This document shows, in pieces, positions 1 to 9,760 of a stretch of 32,000 bases of DNA. Position 1 is the stretch's first letter. Every line of letters starts with the position of its first letter. This stretch comes from Alkalilimnicola ehrlichii MLHE-1. GTDB lineage: Bacteria > Pseudomonadota > Gammaproteobacteria > Nitrococcales > Halorhodospiraceae. The notes under the pieces were generated by a model, which was not told the DNA's origin, did no database searches, and saw only the letters and a list, made by a program, of their open reading frames with translations. A program made the position numbers and the translations under genes. The DNA lies in the NCBI RefSeq assembly GCF_000014785.1, contig NC_008340.1, forward strand, positions 2,730,001 through 2,762,000, given 5' to 3'.

Positions 1-275
1 AGCGCCGAGAGGAAGACCTGATAGAGGCCGTCAGCGTCCACCGGGGTCTGCGAGACGATGGTGACATCGCCCCGCACCCGCGGGTCGACGATGAAGTTGA
101 CCCCGGTCTCCTGGGAGACCAGTGCCACCACCTCGCGCAGGTCCGCATCCTGGAAGTTGAGGGTGATCCCCTCGTCCTCTTCGGCCAGTACCGGCCCGCA
201 GAGCAGCAGCCCCACCAGCAGCACGCCGGCCCCGCAGCCGAGCCAGCGCCGCGCCCCCGCTATCAGCTGAATCAT
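1..275 (-). CDS. gspD: Type II secretion system secretin GspD, N-terminal part only (partial at window edge)
   Basis: Reverse-strand reading from ATG at 275 gives MIQLIAGARRWLGCGAGVLLVGLLLCGPVLAEEDEGITLNFQDADLREVVALVSQETGVNFIVDPRVRGDVTIVS: signal peptide plus a secretin N0 domain; start overlaps the gspC stop (ATGA). Confidence 0.85.
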   Translation of the reverse strand, partial: MIQLIAGARRWLGCGAGVLLVGLLLCGPVLAEEDEGITLNFQDADLREVVALVSQETGVNFIVDPRVRGDVTIVSQTPVDADGLYQVFLSA

Positions 276-1264
276 TGCAGCTCCACTATCACGGTTTCCA
301 TCCGCCCGTCCCGGCGGACATCCAGGGTTATCCGGTCGGCGGTCGCCAGGCTGCCCATGAGTTCCCCCATCCGCGCCGGGTTATCCAGACCCACGCCGTT
401 GACCGCCGTCACCACGTCATCATCCCGCAGTCCGGCCTGACGGAACAGCGCCTGGTGCTGGACGGGCTGCAGCCGGTAGCCCTGCAGTCGTCCGCCCTCC
501 ATCACCGGCCGGACGTTGACGATATCCCACAGCCGTTCCGGGTTGCGCGTGAGTTCACCGCGCAGGTCGGACAGGGCCTCGCGGTCCACATCGCCCCGCG
601 CGGCCGCCGGGAGCACCCGGGCGGCATCCGACCCACGCCCGGCCTGGGTCCCGGGCACATCGAAGTCGGCGCTCGCGAGCAGTTCGGCCACTTTCCGGGG
701 CAGGCGCAGCAGCTCGTGGCGGCCGTCACGGCGCAGCACCACCCGGTCGGTGTGGACCTGGACCAGGGTGGCGCCACCCGGCACCTCGTCCGATACCCGG
801 AAGACCTCAGTGCGGCCCCGGCTGGCGATCAGCGCCGCGCCCTGGCCCTGGCCGCCACGGGCCAGCACCCCTTTCAGCTCCAGGTTGAGCCGGGTCTCCG
901 GGAGTTCCTCGGTGGCCAGGACGGCGTCCAGCTCGTCGTCGTCCTCGGCCTGCCCCAACAGGTGCAGGCGGGCCACCGCCGCCAGGCGCGTCTCGCCGGC
1001 ATCGGCCTCATCGCCGCCAGGCGCGGCAGGCTCCTCCGGCCCGGACCACGCCGCGGCAGGCACCTCCTGGGCCGGGCCGTAACCGAGCAGCCACCAGGTC
1101 AGGCGGGCACCCCCCTGCGCCAGCAGAATCACCAGCAGCACCGCCAGCAGCCAGCGCAGCCAGTGCCCGCCACGCCCGGTCAGCAGGCCGCCGGCAAAGG
1201 CGCCCAACCGCTCGACCCCGGCAATACCCAGCCCTCTGTATCCTGATTCGGCCGCCATGATCAC
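272..1264 (-). CDS. gspC: Type II secretion system protein C (GspC), with C-terminal PDZ-like domain
   Basis: 330 aa; single N-terminal TM segment (LRWLLAVLLVILLAQGGARLTWWLL), HR domain, and PDZ-like end (GYRLQPVQHQALFRQAGLRDDDVVTAVNGVGLDNPARMGELM); directly upstream of gspD. Confidence 0.85.
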   Translation of the reverse strand: MIMAAESGYRGLGIAGVERLGAFAGGLLTGRGGHWLRWLLAVLLVILLAQGGARLTWWLLGYGPAQEVPAAAWSGPEEPAAPGGDEADAGETRLAAVARLHLLGQAEDDDELDAVLATEELPETRLNLELKGVLARGGQGQGAALIASRGRTEVFRVSDEVPGGATLVQVHTDRVVLRRDGRHELLRLPRKVAELLASADFDVPGTQAGRGSDAARVLPAAARGDVDREALSDLRGELTRNPERLWDIVNVRPVMEGGRLQGYRLQPVQHQALFRQAGLRDDDVVTAVNGVGLDNPARMGELMGSLATADRITLDVRRDGRMETVIVELQ

Positions 1265-1395
1265 CTCGGTGAATGAGTCCGCAGCATACCGGATGACCGG
1301 CAGGCCTTGAAGGGACCTGACACGCGTCGCATCGGGGCCATGAACATGCTGTAATAGGCGGCGTTCATCCTGGGCGACTCTCGGAGTGTTTCACG

Positions 1396-2133
1396 ATGCT
1401 GTGGCGTACCTCCCCGGTACTGGTTCTCCTGTTACTGGTGCTTTCCGGCTGTGCCACCACTTCAGGGCCGGACGACCGCCGCGCCGGTACCGCGGCGGAG
1501 CAGTACCGTGCGGGGGTGGCGGCACTGGACGAGGACGACCGGGCGGCCGCGCGCGAGCGCTTCGAGGCGCTGATCGAACGCCACGCCACCAGCCGCCACG
1601 CCGGCCAGGCCCGGGCGGAACTGGCCTGGCTGCATTACCGCGCCGGCGAGTTGGACGCCGCCCGGGAGCAGGCCTCCCGCATGGCGGAGACCCACCCGGA
1701 CCACCCCAGTCTGCCCTACGCGCTGTATGTCGCGGCCATGGCCGCGGAGCAACAGTGGGAGGACAGCCTGGCACGGGGTGAGCCGGATCAGCGGCTGGCC
1801 CGCCGCGCCTTTGCCGATTACCGGGCCGTGGTGGACCTGGATGCGGAGGACCGCCACGCCGGTCTGGCCCTGGAGGCGATGAGCGCACTGCGCGAGGCCA
1901 TCGCCCGCCACGAGCTGGACCTGGCCCGGACCCGGCTGGAGGATGGGGCGGCAGACGAGGCGCTGGACCGCGCCCGCTACGTGGGTGAGCACTACCCCCG
2001 TTCCGAGACGTTGGGCGATGCCATGGCGCTGCAGATCAATGCGCTGGAATCCCTGGGGGAGCAGGACAAGGCCGGCGAAGTGCGCCGGATGCTGCGCCTG
2101 CATCAACCGGACCATCCGGCGGTGCAGGATTAG
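1396..2133 (+). CDS. TPR-repeat outer-membrane lipoprotein (BamD/YfiO-like)
   Basis: Lipobox LVLSGCATT followed by TPR-like repeats (AAEQYRAGVAALDEDDRAAARERFEALIERHATSRHAGQARAELAWLHYRAGELDAA). Confidence 0.6.
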   Translation: MLWRTSPVLVLLLLVLSGCATTSGPDDRRAGTAAEQYRAGVAALDEDDRAAARERFEALIERHATSRHAGQARAELAWLHYRAGELDAAREQASRMAETHPDHPSLPYALYVAAMAAEQQWEDSLARGEPDQRLARRAFADYRAVVDLDAEDRHAGLALEAMSALREAIARHELDLARTRLEDGAADEALDRARYVGEHYPRSETLGDAMALQINALESLGEQDKAGEVRRMLRLHQPDHPAVQD

Positions 2134-2906
2134 CCCACCCCGCTGAGGTGATCCAGCACCCGGGACATCGCCGGGTTGAAGCGCGCGGGGTCCTCCATCT
2201 GCAGGAAATGCCCGCACCCTGCCAGGCGCTGCTCCTCAATCCGACCGGCCCAGCGCGCGCGGGCGCTCTCCGGGATCAGGTCACCGTTAATGGCGTGCAC
2301 CGGGCATTCCACCCGCTCCAGCACCGGCGCCGGATCCCAGGCCAGCAGTGCCTGCCAGGCCGGGAGCACGGCGGCCACATCCACCGCGCTCATCTCCCGG
2401 CTCAGGCGTGCCTTCAGGCTCGCCGGCGTCCCGGCGGTGCTGGTCTGCTCCAGCAGCCCCTGGATCGCGGCGGGAAAGTCCGCCGCGAAGGGCGCGTAGA
2501 TGGCCTGCCGGGTGGCGGCATCCAACCCGCCATAGTCGATCACGAAGGTGTCCACCAGCAGCACGCCGGCGACCCGGTCGGGTCGCCGGGCAGCCAGTTC
2601 CAGGGCCACCGCACCGCCCATGGAGTGCCCCATCACCACAACGCCCTGCAGGTCCCTCTCCAGCACCAGGGTCTCCAGGTCCTCGGCGTAGCGCGCCGGT
2701 GAGCGCGGCTCCACGGGCCTGTCGGAACACCCGTGCCCGGGCAGGTCCGGCAACACTACCCGGTGACGGCCTGCCAGGGCGTCCAACTGATCCGCCCAAT
2801 AGTCCGACCGGCAGGACCAGCCGTGCACCGCCAGTACCGTCGGGTCGGGGCCGTCGACCCAGCCATGGCGCATCACCGCGCCGTCTGCGCACAGGGTCTC
2901 ACCCAT
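2130..2906 (-). CDS. Alpha/beta hydrolase fold protein
   Basis: VLAVHGWSCRSDYWADQLDAL, nucleophile elbow GHSMGGA, and late Asp/His motifs; ORF open to 3035 but M at 2906 is a plausible start (start uncertain). Confidence 0.8.
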   Translation of the reverse strand: MGETLCADGAVMRHGWVDGPDPTVLAVHGWSCRSDYWADQLDALAGRHRVVLPDLPGHGCSDRPVEPRSPARYAEDLETLVLERDLQGVVVMGHSMGGAVALELAARRPDRVAGVLLVDTFVIDYGGLDAATRQAIYAPFAADFPAAIQGLLEQTSTAGTPASLKARLSREMSAVDVAAVLPAWQALLAWDPAPVLERVECPVHAINGDLIPESARARWAGRIEEQRLAGCGHFLQMEDPARFNPAMSRVLDHLSGVG

Positions 2907-3082
2907 ATTAGTGAACTGCTTCACAGCCAAGCCCTCTCCAAGGGTGCCGGAAAATCCGTACAGCGCTACTCTGTTTGTGGGAAGACTAGACCAGCGTCGC
3001 GAAAATGGCAGTGGCGAACCGGCATTGCGGCGCATTCCGGAGCCGGAGGGGGAGTGGGGCGTTGAGTTCGCAATGGGTTAAG

Positions 3083-4270
3083 GTGAAGGGGCGGTGCCTG
3101 TCCACGCTGGATGACCTGGTCGAGACCCTCTACACCGCCGCCGCCTCGTCCCTGGGCTGGGATGAGTTCTTGCAGGCGGTGGTACGGGCCAGCGATTCGC
3201 GCTCGGCACGCATGCTGATCCTGAACGCGGACGCCGACCAGGTGACCAGCAGTATCCAGTGGCAGATTGACCCCGGCTATCACCAGCGCTACGTCGATTA
3301 TTACGTCAATGCCTGCCCCTGGCGCCCCGAATTGCGCCAGAAACCCCCCGGCCGCCTCTACTCCACCTACACCGACTTCAGTTGCCCTCAGCCCGATTAT
3401 TATCGCACCGAGTTTTTCAACGACTGGGCCGGCCCACAGGACATTCACCATGGCGCCTGCGGCACCTTTTATCGGGACGGCGACCAGACCCTGCAACTGC
3501 TGGTGCAGCGCACCCGGCGCCAGGGCCCCTATCTGGCACAGGACATGCGCCTACTCAACGATCTGATCCCGCACCTGCAACGGGCGGTGCTGATACAGCG
3601 CCAGATCGTCGCCTGCGAAGGACTGCACCGATCGGTCTCGGCCGCGGCCCGGCTGGCACCGCTGCCCTTTGTGCTGTTCAATGAGCAGGGGCGGGTGGTG
3701 CACCTGGAACCCACCGCCGAGGCCCTGATCGACAACGATCCACGCCTGCAGCTCCACCAGGCCCGGTTGACCCTGACCGTGCCCTGCCAGGGGCCACACC
3801 TTTCCCACCTGATCCGGCAGGCCATCCGTGCCGCCCTGGGCCATACCTGGTCCGCCGCCGGTGGCCTGCTCCGGCTGGATGCCCAGGGCAAGCAGCCGCT
3901 GAACCTGCTGGTGGCACCGTTACCCCCGGAAGCACGCCCCTTTCACCTCTGCCCCTACCCCGCTCACGCCGCACTCTTTCTGCATGACCCGGCACAGACC
4001 CGTCAGGTGGACCAGGGGTTGCTGGCGGAGCTCCATGGATTGACCGAGGCCGAGGCCCGGGTGGCGGCCGAGCTGGTGACCGGCGCCTCGCCAGGCCAGG
4101 TGGCGGAGCTGTTGGGCGTAACCGACCACACCGTGCGCACCCAGCTCAAGTCGGTCTTTCGCAAGATGCGCGTCTCCCGGCAGGCCGATCTCGTCCGGGC
4201 GGTGCTCACCGGCCCCGCCTACCGCTGCGCGCTCGGCCTGCCGGGTTTCTCCCTGGTACCTCGCCACTGA
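3083..4270 (+). CDS. LuxR-family transcriptional regulator
   Basis: C-terminal LuxR/FixJ-type HTH (LTEAEARVAAELVTGASPGQVAELLGVTDHTVRTQLKSVFRKMRVSRQADLVR); ORF opens at 3005, GTG at 3083 proposed as start (uncertain). Confidence 0.75.
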   Translation: MKGRCLSTLDDLVETLYTAAASSLGWDEFLQAVVRASDSRSARMLILNADADQVTSSIQWQIDPGYHQRYVDYYVNACPWRPELRQKPPGRLYSTYTDFSCPQPDYYRTEFFNDWAGPQDIHHGACGTFYRDGDQTLQLLVQRTRRQGPYLAQDMRLLNDLIPHLQRAVLIQRQIVACEGLHRSVSAAARLAPLPFVLFNEQGRVVHLEPTAEALIDNDPRLQLHQARLTLTVPCQGPHLSHLIRQAIRAALGHTWSAAGGLLRLDAQGKQPLNLLVAPLPPEARPFHLCPYPAHAALFLHDPAQTRQVDQGLLAELHGLTEAEARVAAELVTGASPGQVAELLGVTDHTVRTQLKSVFRKMRVSRQADLVRAVLTGPAYRCALGLPGFSLVPRH

Positions 4271-4301
4271 ATCGCTTCCCCATTCCGGTCACACCCGGGT
4301 T

Positions 4302-4317
4302 TCACCCATTTGGGTGA
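4302..4317. promoter_or_regulatory. 16-bp palindrome TCACCCA-TT-TGGGTGA, candidate operator
   Basis: Perfect 7-bp inverted repeat with 2-nt spacer, immediately upstream of a possible -10 TATAAG at 4341-4346, between the LuxR-type regulator and the lipoprotein gene. Confidence 0.4.
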
Positions 4318-4409
4318 TGCCGCCGGGTCGCCGGGCCCGCTATAAGCCCGGGACACGGCAACAGCGGGTGTGCCGTGGACCATCCGTGGTTGAATCGAGG
4401 GGAGAGACC

Positions 4410-6473
4410 ATGAAACGGCTATTACTGATCGCGCTCACCCTGTTGCTGAGCCTGGCCCTGGCCGGTTGCTTCAGCAGCAGCAGTAGCAGCAATGGAACGG
4501 ACACGGACAACGGGGCCCCGGAGAACGGGGAGATCGACAACGGCGTACCGGGTGAGGATGAGAACGGCGACGCGGACATTGACGAGATTTCCGGCGAGGC
4601 GCTGATCGGTGCCGACTGGGCCACCGTCGGCGCCACCGCACGGATCGATGACGACAGGCTGGTGGCGGCCCAGACCAATGGCTTGGTCCCGGTGGCAGGC
4701 GGCACCGTCCAGCTCATCGAACTGAACGACAATGGCGAACCGGTGAGAACGGAGGGTGACGCTGGTGAGGTGGTGGTGCTCGCCGAAGCCTCCATCAGTG
4801 AAACCGGCAACTACTCCATCGCCCTGCCGGATGATGTGGCACTGGGGGCCAATATGGCCCTGCGTTTCCAGGTCCCGGAAAGCGATCAGTACCTCCGGGC
4901 CGCAACCACCGGCGCAGAGGTGGAGATCAGCCCGGTCTCGGAGTACGTGCTGCGCCGCCTGGCGGAGCAGCGGGTGCGCCTCAGCCGCCTGGATACCGGC
5001 ACCCTGCTCAACCTCACTGGCCAGGTACGGGATAACGCCACTGATTTCGGGGCCACACCGGAAAGTTGGGCGGAGACCGTGATCGAAGAGGTGGATCAGG
5101 ACTTCTCGGAGGCAAAGGATGCCCGCGACATCGACATGATCGCCGGGGCGTGGCACCTGTTGGACTTCAACCTGTACGTCGGCGCCTGGAACGACGCCCC
5201 CCAGGAGGAGTTGGCCGCCGGGACCGGGTTGTTGACCCTGGATCTGAGCCCCTCCGCGGAGGACCCCCGCGACGGGGACGTGACCATAATCGATGACCTG
5301 TTCGTTTTCGGCTCACGCCGTGGTGAGTTTGTCCACACCGAAATCGCGGTGGACAGTGGACTGAACGAGGCACTGCCCGGGATCGCGCAATTGGGCGACA
5401 CCGACCCCCGGCTCTTTGTCTCGGCACCCGCCGAGGTCCATTGTGATGATGACAACGGCGGGTTGATCTTCGTGTGGGGTCCGCAGGCGCTGACATTCAA
5501 TCCGGCCGGCGTGCTCGGTGAGGACACCAGTCTGTTTGCCGGCAGCCTGGTGCGCACCGAGCGCATCTTCACCTTCGACACCCAGGGCAACTGTGTGGTG
5601 GACGCGGACAACCGCACCGCCACCCGGGCAGAAATGCAGGTCAACGTCCTGGCCCGGGGCGACGGCCGCGCGCTGTCCGCCGCGGAGAACGTGACCTACG
5701 GAATCGTCGGGCTTCAGGTGGAACTCCCGGAAAACGACGAGCAGCCACTGCTGCTGGGCCGCATTGGCACCTTTGCCTTCGGTGACCGGATCAACGGCGA
5801 GATAGGCGGCGATGCCCGGCTGGACGAATGGGAGGTGGAGCTGTTCGAGGGGCGGATGGAGGAAGACGCCCTGGGTTCCGAGTTCGACATCACCCTGCAC
5901 GACACCGGTAGCGGGCCGCTGCGCCTGGCCTTCGAGGGCGATGACCCGCAGGACGGCCTGGACGCCACCGTGTCGGAAGATGGCGGTCTGTTCTCCATGG
6001 TCACCCTGGTCGGCGACGAGGACGAGGCCAGCCCGGGCCTGTTCCTGGGCGTCCCCTTAGGCAGCCCGAGCGACGACCCGATACCCACGGGCCGTTACGC
6101 CTGGCAGGGAGTGGATGCGGAGTTCAACGAGGGCGGTAACGTCCTGGTGGCCCGGTACCGGGGGACGATAGAAATCGCCTCCAATGGCAACGGCGGCACC
6201 CTGACCCTCGTCGAGCTGAGCGAGCGAGCAGCAGAGGTGCAGGGCGGTGCGCTGCAGTGGCGCCAGGAGGAGGAGGCCGACATCGCCTTTGATATCAGCC
6301 CGGTGGGCACCAATGGCCGGATCGTGGTGGACGCGGGAGACACCGTGATTGAGGGCTACGCCTCAGCGGATGGCGACACCGTCGTGCTGCTCCGGCGGTA
6401 TGCCGGCCCTTCCCCGGAGGGTGAGCCCGAGGCCGGCTTCGGCCTGTGGATCGGCACCCGCATCGACGACTGA
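4410..6473 (+). CDS. Large secreted lipoprotein of unknown function, Asp/Glu/Asn/Gly-rich linker
   Basis: ATG at 4410 preceded by GAGGGGAGAG; signal peptide MKRLLLIALTLLLSLALAGCF with lipobox LAGC, then Ser tract and acidic NGTDTDNGAPENGEIDNG... region. Longer ORF from 4314 judged to be upstream extension. Confidence 0.7.
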   Translation: MKRLLLIALTLLLSLALAGCFSSSSSSNGTDTDNGAPENGEIDNGVPGEDENGDADIDEISGEALIGADWATVGATARIDDDRLVAAQTNGLVPVAGGTVQLIELNDNGEPVRTEGDAGEVVVLAEASISETGNYSIALPDDVALGANMALRFQVPESDQYLRAATTGAEVEISPVSEYVLRRLAEQRVRLSRLDTGTLLNLTGQVRDNATDFGATPESWAETVIEEVDQDFSEAKDARDIDMIAGAWHLLDFNLYVGAWNDAPQEELAAGTGLLTLDLSPSAEDPRDGDVTIIDDLFVFGSRRGEFVHTEIAVDSGLNEALPGIAQLGDTDPRLFVSAPAEVHCDDDNGGLIFVWGPQALTFNPAGVLGEDTSLFAGSLVRTERIFTFDTQGNCVVDADNRTATRAEMQVNVLARGDGRALSAAENVTYGIVGLQVELPENDEQPLLLGRIGTFAFGDRINGEIGGDARLDEWEVELFEGRMEEDALGSEFDITLHDTGSGPLRLAFEGDDPQDGLDATVSEDGGLFSMVTLVGDEDEASPGLFLGVPLGSPSDDPIPTGRYAWQGVDAEFNEGGNVLVARYRGTIEIASNGNGGTLTLVELSERAAEVQGGALQWRQEEEADIAFDISPVGTNGRIVVDAGDTVIEGYASADGDTVVLLRRYAGPSPEGEPEAGFGLWIGTRIDD

Positions 6474-6493
6474 CGTCCGTCCCGCCGGCCTTT

Positions 6494-6521
6494 CCCCGGC
6501 CACCACCCTCGGTGGCCGGGG
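6494..6521. terminator. Candidate bidirectional hairpin between convergent genes
   Basis: CCCCGGCCACC-ACCCTC-GGTGGCCGGGG, perfect 11-bp stem, 6-nt loop; no clear T-tract, so factor-independent termination is unproven. Confidence 0.4.
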
Positions 6522-6548
6522 CTTCCTACTCCACCGCACGCTGTCACG

Positions 6549-9029
6549 CTAGTCATCCGGATCGCGCAACAGCGCCATCGGCGACTGCCGGTAGTGCGCC
6601 CGCGTGGCCAGTGCCCCGGCGACCCAGACCAGCACCGCGCCCCCCGCCGCTCCCAGCATCGGCAGCCAGGGGTTGAACCGGTAGTCCAGGTCGAACAACG
6701 GCCCGGCCGCGCCCCAGCCGGCCACCCCGGCGGCCAGCCCGGCCAGCCCCCCGCTCAGCGCCCCCAGCAACAGGAACTCACCCCGCGCCATGCGCCGGAT
6801 ATGCGCCCGGCTGGCCCCCAGCGAGCGCATCAGCGCGGTCTCGAACCGGCGCTGGTCGCCCGTGATCTGCAGCGCCGCCAGCAGCACCAGCACGCCGGCC
6901 ACCAAGGTCAGGGTGGCCATCAGCTCCACCACCCGCGAGCCCTGGCGGATGATATCGCGGGCCGCCTCCAGGATCACCCCCAGGTCCACCGGGGTGACGC
7001 TGGGGAACTGGCGGACCAGGTCGGCGATGACCCGCGCCTCGCCCTGCGGCAGGTGGAAGCTGGTGATGTAGGTGGTGGGGGCACCCGCCAACAGCCCCGG
7101 GTTGCCGATGACGAAGAAGTTCACATTGAAGCTGTCCCATTGCACCCGGCGAAGGCTGGTGACCTCCCCGCTCACCTCGCGGCCGCTGATGCGGTAGGTG
7201 AGCGTGTCGCCCACGTCGACCCCAATGCGCCGGGCGATGTCCTCCTCCACCGACCACTCGGGCCGGTCGCTGTCGCGCTCATCGAACCAGCGGCCGCGGA
7301 CGACCCGGTTGTCGTCGGGCATCGCATCGGTGTGCGAGAGATTGAACTCCCGCGAGACCAGCCGCCGGGTGCGCGGCTCGGCGTACGTCTCCGGGTTGAC
7401 CGCCTCACCGTTTATGCCCACCAGGCGCCCCCGGATCATCGGGTAGAGTTCAGGCCGCACGCCGGCCTCCTCCTGCAGGAAGGCCTGCAGGCTGTCCACC
7501 TCGTCGGGCTGGACGTTGATCAGGAAGTAATTGGGGGCCTGGGGGTCGACACCCCGCTCCCAGGTGGCGAGCAGGTCCTCGCGCACCACTGACAGCAGGA
7601 GCAACGCGGTCAGCCCCAGCCCCACGGCGACGATCTGCAGGGTGGCAGTGGCCGGCCGGCGCACCAGCCCGGAGAGGGTGGTGATACGGGCCCGGCGGGT
7701 CCGGCGCAGGCCGTAGACCACCGCGGCGGCGATCAACCCGAGGGCGCCCAGCCCGGCCATCACCGCCGCAAAGACCGAGACGGCCAGGCGCAGGTCGCCG
7801 CCCTGCCACCACATGAGTGCGAAGATGACCACCAGCGCCACCGGATAGGGCAGCCAGCCGCGCAGCACCCCGGCGCCGGCGTCCCGGCGCAGCACCCGCA
7901 GGGGTGGGACATCCCGCAGGCGCAGCAGGCTGGGCAGGGCGAAGCCGAGCAGCGAGGCCAACGCCACCAGGATGCCGGTCACCGCAGGCAGCGGCCCGGG
8001 GCCGGCGAGATCGTCGGGCAGGTAGTCGGCGAGCAGTTCCACCATGCCCAGGTGCAGGCCGTAACCCAACACGGTACCCACCAGCCCCGCCAGCAGCCCC
8101 AGCCAGAGCAGCTTCCAAGCGAGGATGGCGGTGACCTGGCGCTGGGTGGCCCCCAGACAGCGCATGATGGCAATACGGTCGATCTGCCGGCCGGCGTAGT
8201 GGCGCACGGTGAGCAGGATGGCCACCCCCGCCACCACCACGGTGAGCAGCGCGGCCAGCCCGAGGAAGCGCTGGGCCTGCTCCATGACCGAGCTCAGGGC
8301 CGGGTCGCCCTCTCCCGGGGCCTGGATTTCCGCCCCCGGGGCGTGATCGGTGAGCCACGCCTCGTAGCGGGAGAGATCCGCCGGTGCGCCCGCCAGCATG
8401 AGCCGGTAGCGGATGCGGCTGCCCTCCTGGACAAGGCCGGTCGCTTCCAGGTCCTCCCAGTGGATCAGCACCCGCGGAGCCAGGTTGAAGAAGCCACCGC
8501 CACGATCCGGCTCCAGGGCGATCAGCCGCTCTGCCCGGAACGCCCGGGCGCCCACTTCCAGGGTATCGCCCAGGCTCATTTCCAGGAGCGGCAGCAGGCG
8601 TGGCGCGACCCAGGCAGTGCCAGGCGCCGGCGGCTGCCGCACTGCGCTCTGCGGGCCATCGGGCCGGTCCCGCAGTTGCAGGCTGCCGCGCAGCGGGTAA
8701 CCCGACTCCACCGCCTTCAGGGAGACCAGTTGGGTGTGGTCGTCGGCCAGGACCACGCTGGGGAACTCGGCGCTGCGCACCACCCGCAACCCGTGTTCGC
8801 GGGCCTGCTCCACCCACTCCAGCGGGATGGGCTCGTTGCTGCGCACCACCCGGTCGCCGCCCAGCAGTTCCGCGGCCCGGGCGTCGGTGGCCTGGGCCAC
8901 CCGGTCGGCCAGCCAGGCCACCCCGGAGACGGCCGCCACGGCGATGATCACCGCCGCCAGCAGCAGGCGCAGCTCGCCGGCACGGGCGTCGCGCCAGAGC
9001 AGGCGCAGGGCCTGGCGCCAGGGTTTCAT
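6549..9029 (-). CDS. ybbP: ABC transporter permease, YbbP/FtsX-MacB type
   Basis: 826 aa; MKPWRQALRLLWRDARAGELRLLLAAVIIAVAAVSGVAWLADRV, several TM blocks, FtsX-like C-terminus; immediately downstream of a YbbA-type ATPase and next to tesA. Confidence 0.85.
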   Translation of the reverse strand: MKPWRQALRLLWRDARAGELRLLLAAVIIAVAAVSGVAWLADRVAQATDARAAELLGGDRVVRSNEPIPLEWVEQAREHGLRVVRSAEFPSVVLADDHTQLVSLKAVESGYPLRGSLQLRDRPDGPQSAVRQPPAPGTAWVAPRLLPLLEMSLGDTLEVGARAFRAERLIALEPDRGGGFFNLAPRVLIHWEDLEATGLVQEGSRIRYRLMLAGAPADLSRYEAWLTDHAPGAEIQAPGEGDPALSSVMEQAQRFLGLAALLTVVVAGVAILLTVRHYAGRQIDRIAIMRCLGATQRQVTAILAWKLLWLGLLAGLVGTVLGYGLHLGMVELLADYLPDDLAGPGPLPAVTGILVALASLLGFALPSLLRLRDVPPLRVLRRDAGAGVLRGWLPYPVALVVIFALMWWQGGDLRLAVSVFAAVMAGLGALGLIAAAVVYGLRRTRRARITTLSGLVRRPATATLQIVAVGLGLTALLLLSVVREDLLATWERGVDPQAPNYFLINVQPDEVDSLQAFLQEEAGVRPELYPMIRGRLVGINGEAVNPETYAEPRTRRLVSREFNLSHTDAMPDDNRVVRGRWFDERDSDRPEWSVEEDIARRIGVDVGDTLTYRISGREVSGEVTSLRRVQWDSFNVNFFVIGNPGLLAGAPTTYITSFHLPQGEARVIADLVRQFPSVTPVDLGVILEAARDIIRQGSRVVELMATLTLVAGVLVLLAALQITGDQRRFETALMRSLGASRAHIRRMARGEFLLLGALSGGLAGLAAGVAGWGAAGPLFDLDYRFNPWLPMLGAAGGAVLVWVAGALATRAHYRQSPMALLRDPDD

Positions 9030-9760
9030 CCGGCCTCCAGCCGGCCGTCGGCCAGGTTAAGCATCCGGTCACAGCGCCCGCCCACCGCCGGGTCGTGGGT
9101 GACCAGCACCAGGGTGGTGCCCTGCTCCTCGTTCAGCCGGAAGAGCAGATCGGCCACCTGCTCGCCGGTGCGGCGGTCCAGGTTGCCGGTGGGCTCGTCG
9201 CCCATCAGCACGCTGGGCCCGGTCACCAGGGCACGGGCGATGGCCACCCGCTGCTGCTCGCCGCCGGAGAGCTGGCGGGGGTAGTGGTGCAGCCGCCCGC
9301 CCAGGCCCACCCGCCGCAGGGCCTCCTCGGCCCGCGCCCCGGCCCGGACGCCACCGGCGAGTTCCAGCGGCAGCATGACGTTCTCCAGGGCGTTGAGCCC
9401 GCCCAGGAGGTGAAAAGCCTGGAAGACGAAGCCCAGGTGTTCACCGCGCACCCGGGCCCGTTGGTCCTCGTCCAGCGCGGTGAGTTCATTGCCCGCCAGC
9501 CAGACCCGACCGGCGGTGGGCACATCCAGCCCCGCGAGCAGTCCAAGGAGGGTGGACTTGCCTGAACCGGAGGCGCCCAGGATGGCCACGGAGCGCCCCC
9601 GGGGAATGCTAAGATCGACCCCGTCGAACAGCCGGATCTCACCGTCCGGGCCGGAAAAGCGCATGCTCAGGCCCTCGGTGCGCAAAACCGGCGTGCCGGC
9701 GCTCGCGCTGCCGGCCCCGGGGTCGGCCGTGTCGCTGGCCAGAATGGAGGTTTCCGTCAT
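9026..9760 (-). CDS. ybbA: ABC transporter ATP-binding protein, YbbA type
   Basis: Walker A GASGSGKST, signature LSGGEQQRVAIARAL, Walker B VLMGDEPTGNLD; start MTETSILASDTADPG at 9760. Confidence 0.88.
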   Translation of the reverse strand: MTETSILASDTADPGAGSASAGTPVLRTEGLSMRFSGPDGEIRLFDGVDLSIPRGRSVAILGASGSGKSTLLGLLAGLDVPTAGRVWLAGNELTALDEDQRARVRGEHLGFVFQAFHLLGGLNALENVMLPLELAGGVRAGARAEEALRRVGLGGRLHHYPRQLSGGEQQRVAIARALVTGPSVLMGDEPTGNLDRRTGEQVADLLFRLNEEQGTTLVLVTHDPAVGGRCDRMLNLADGRLEAG

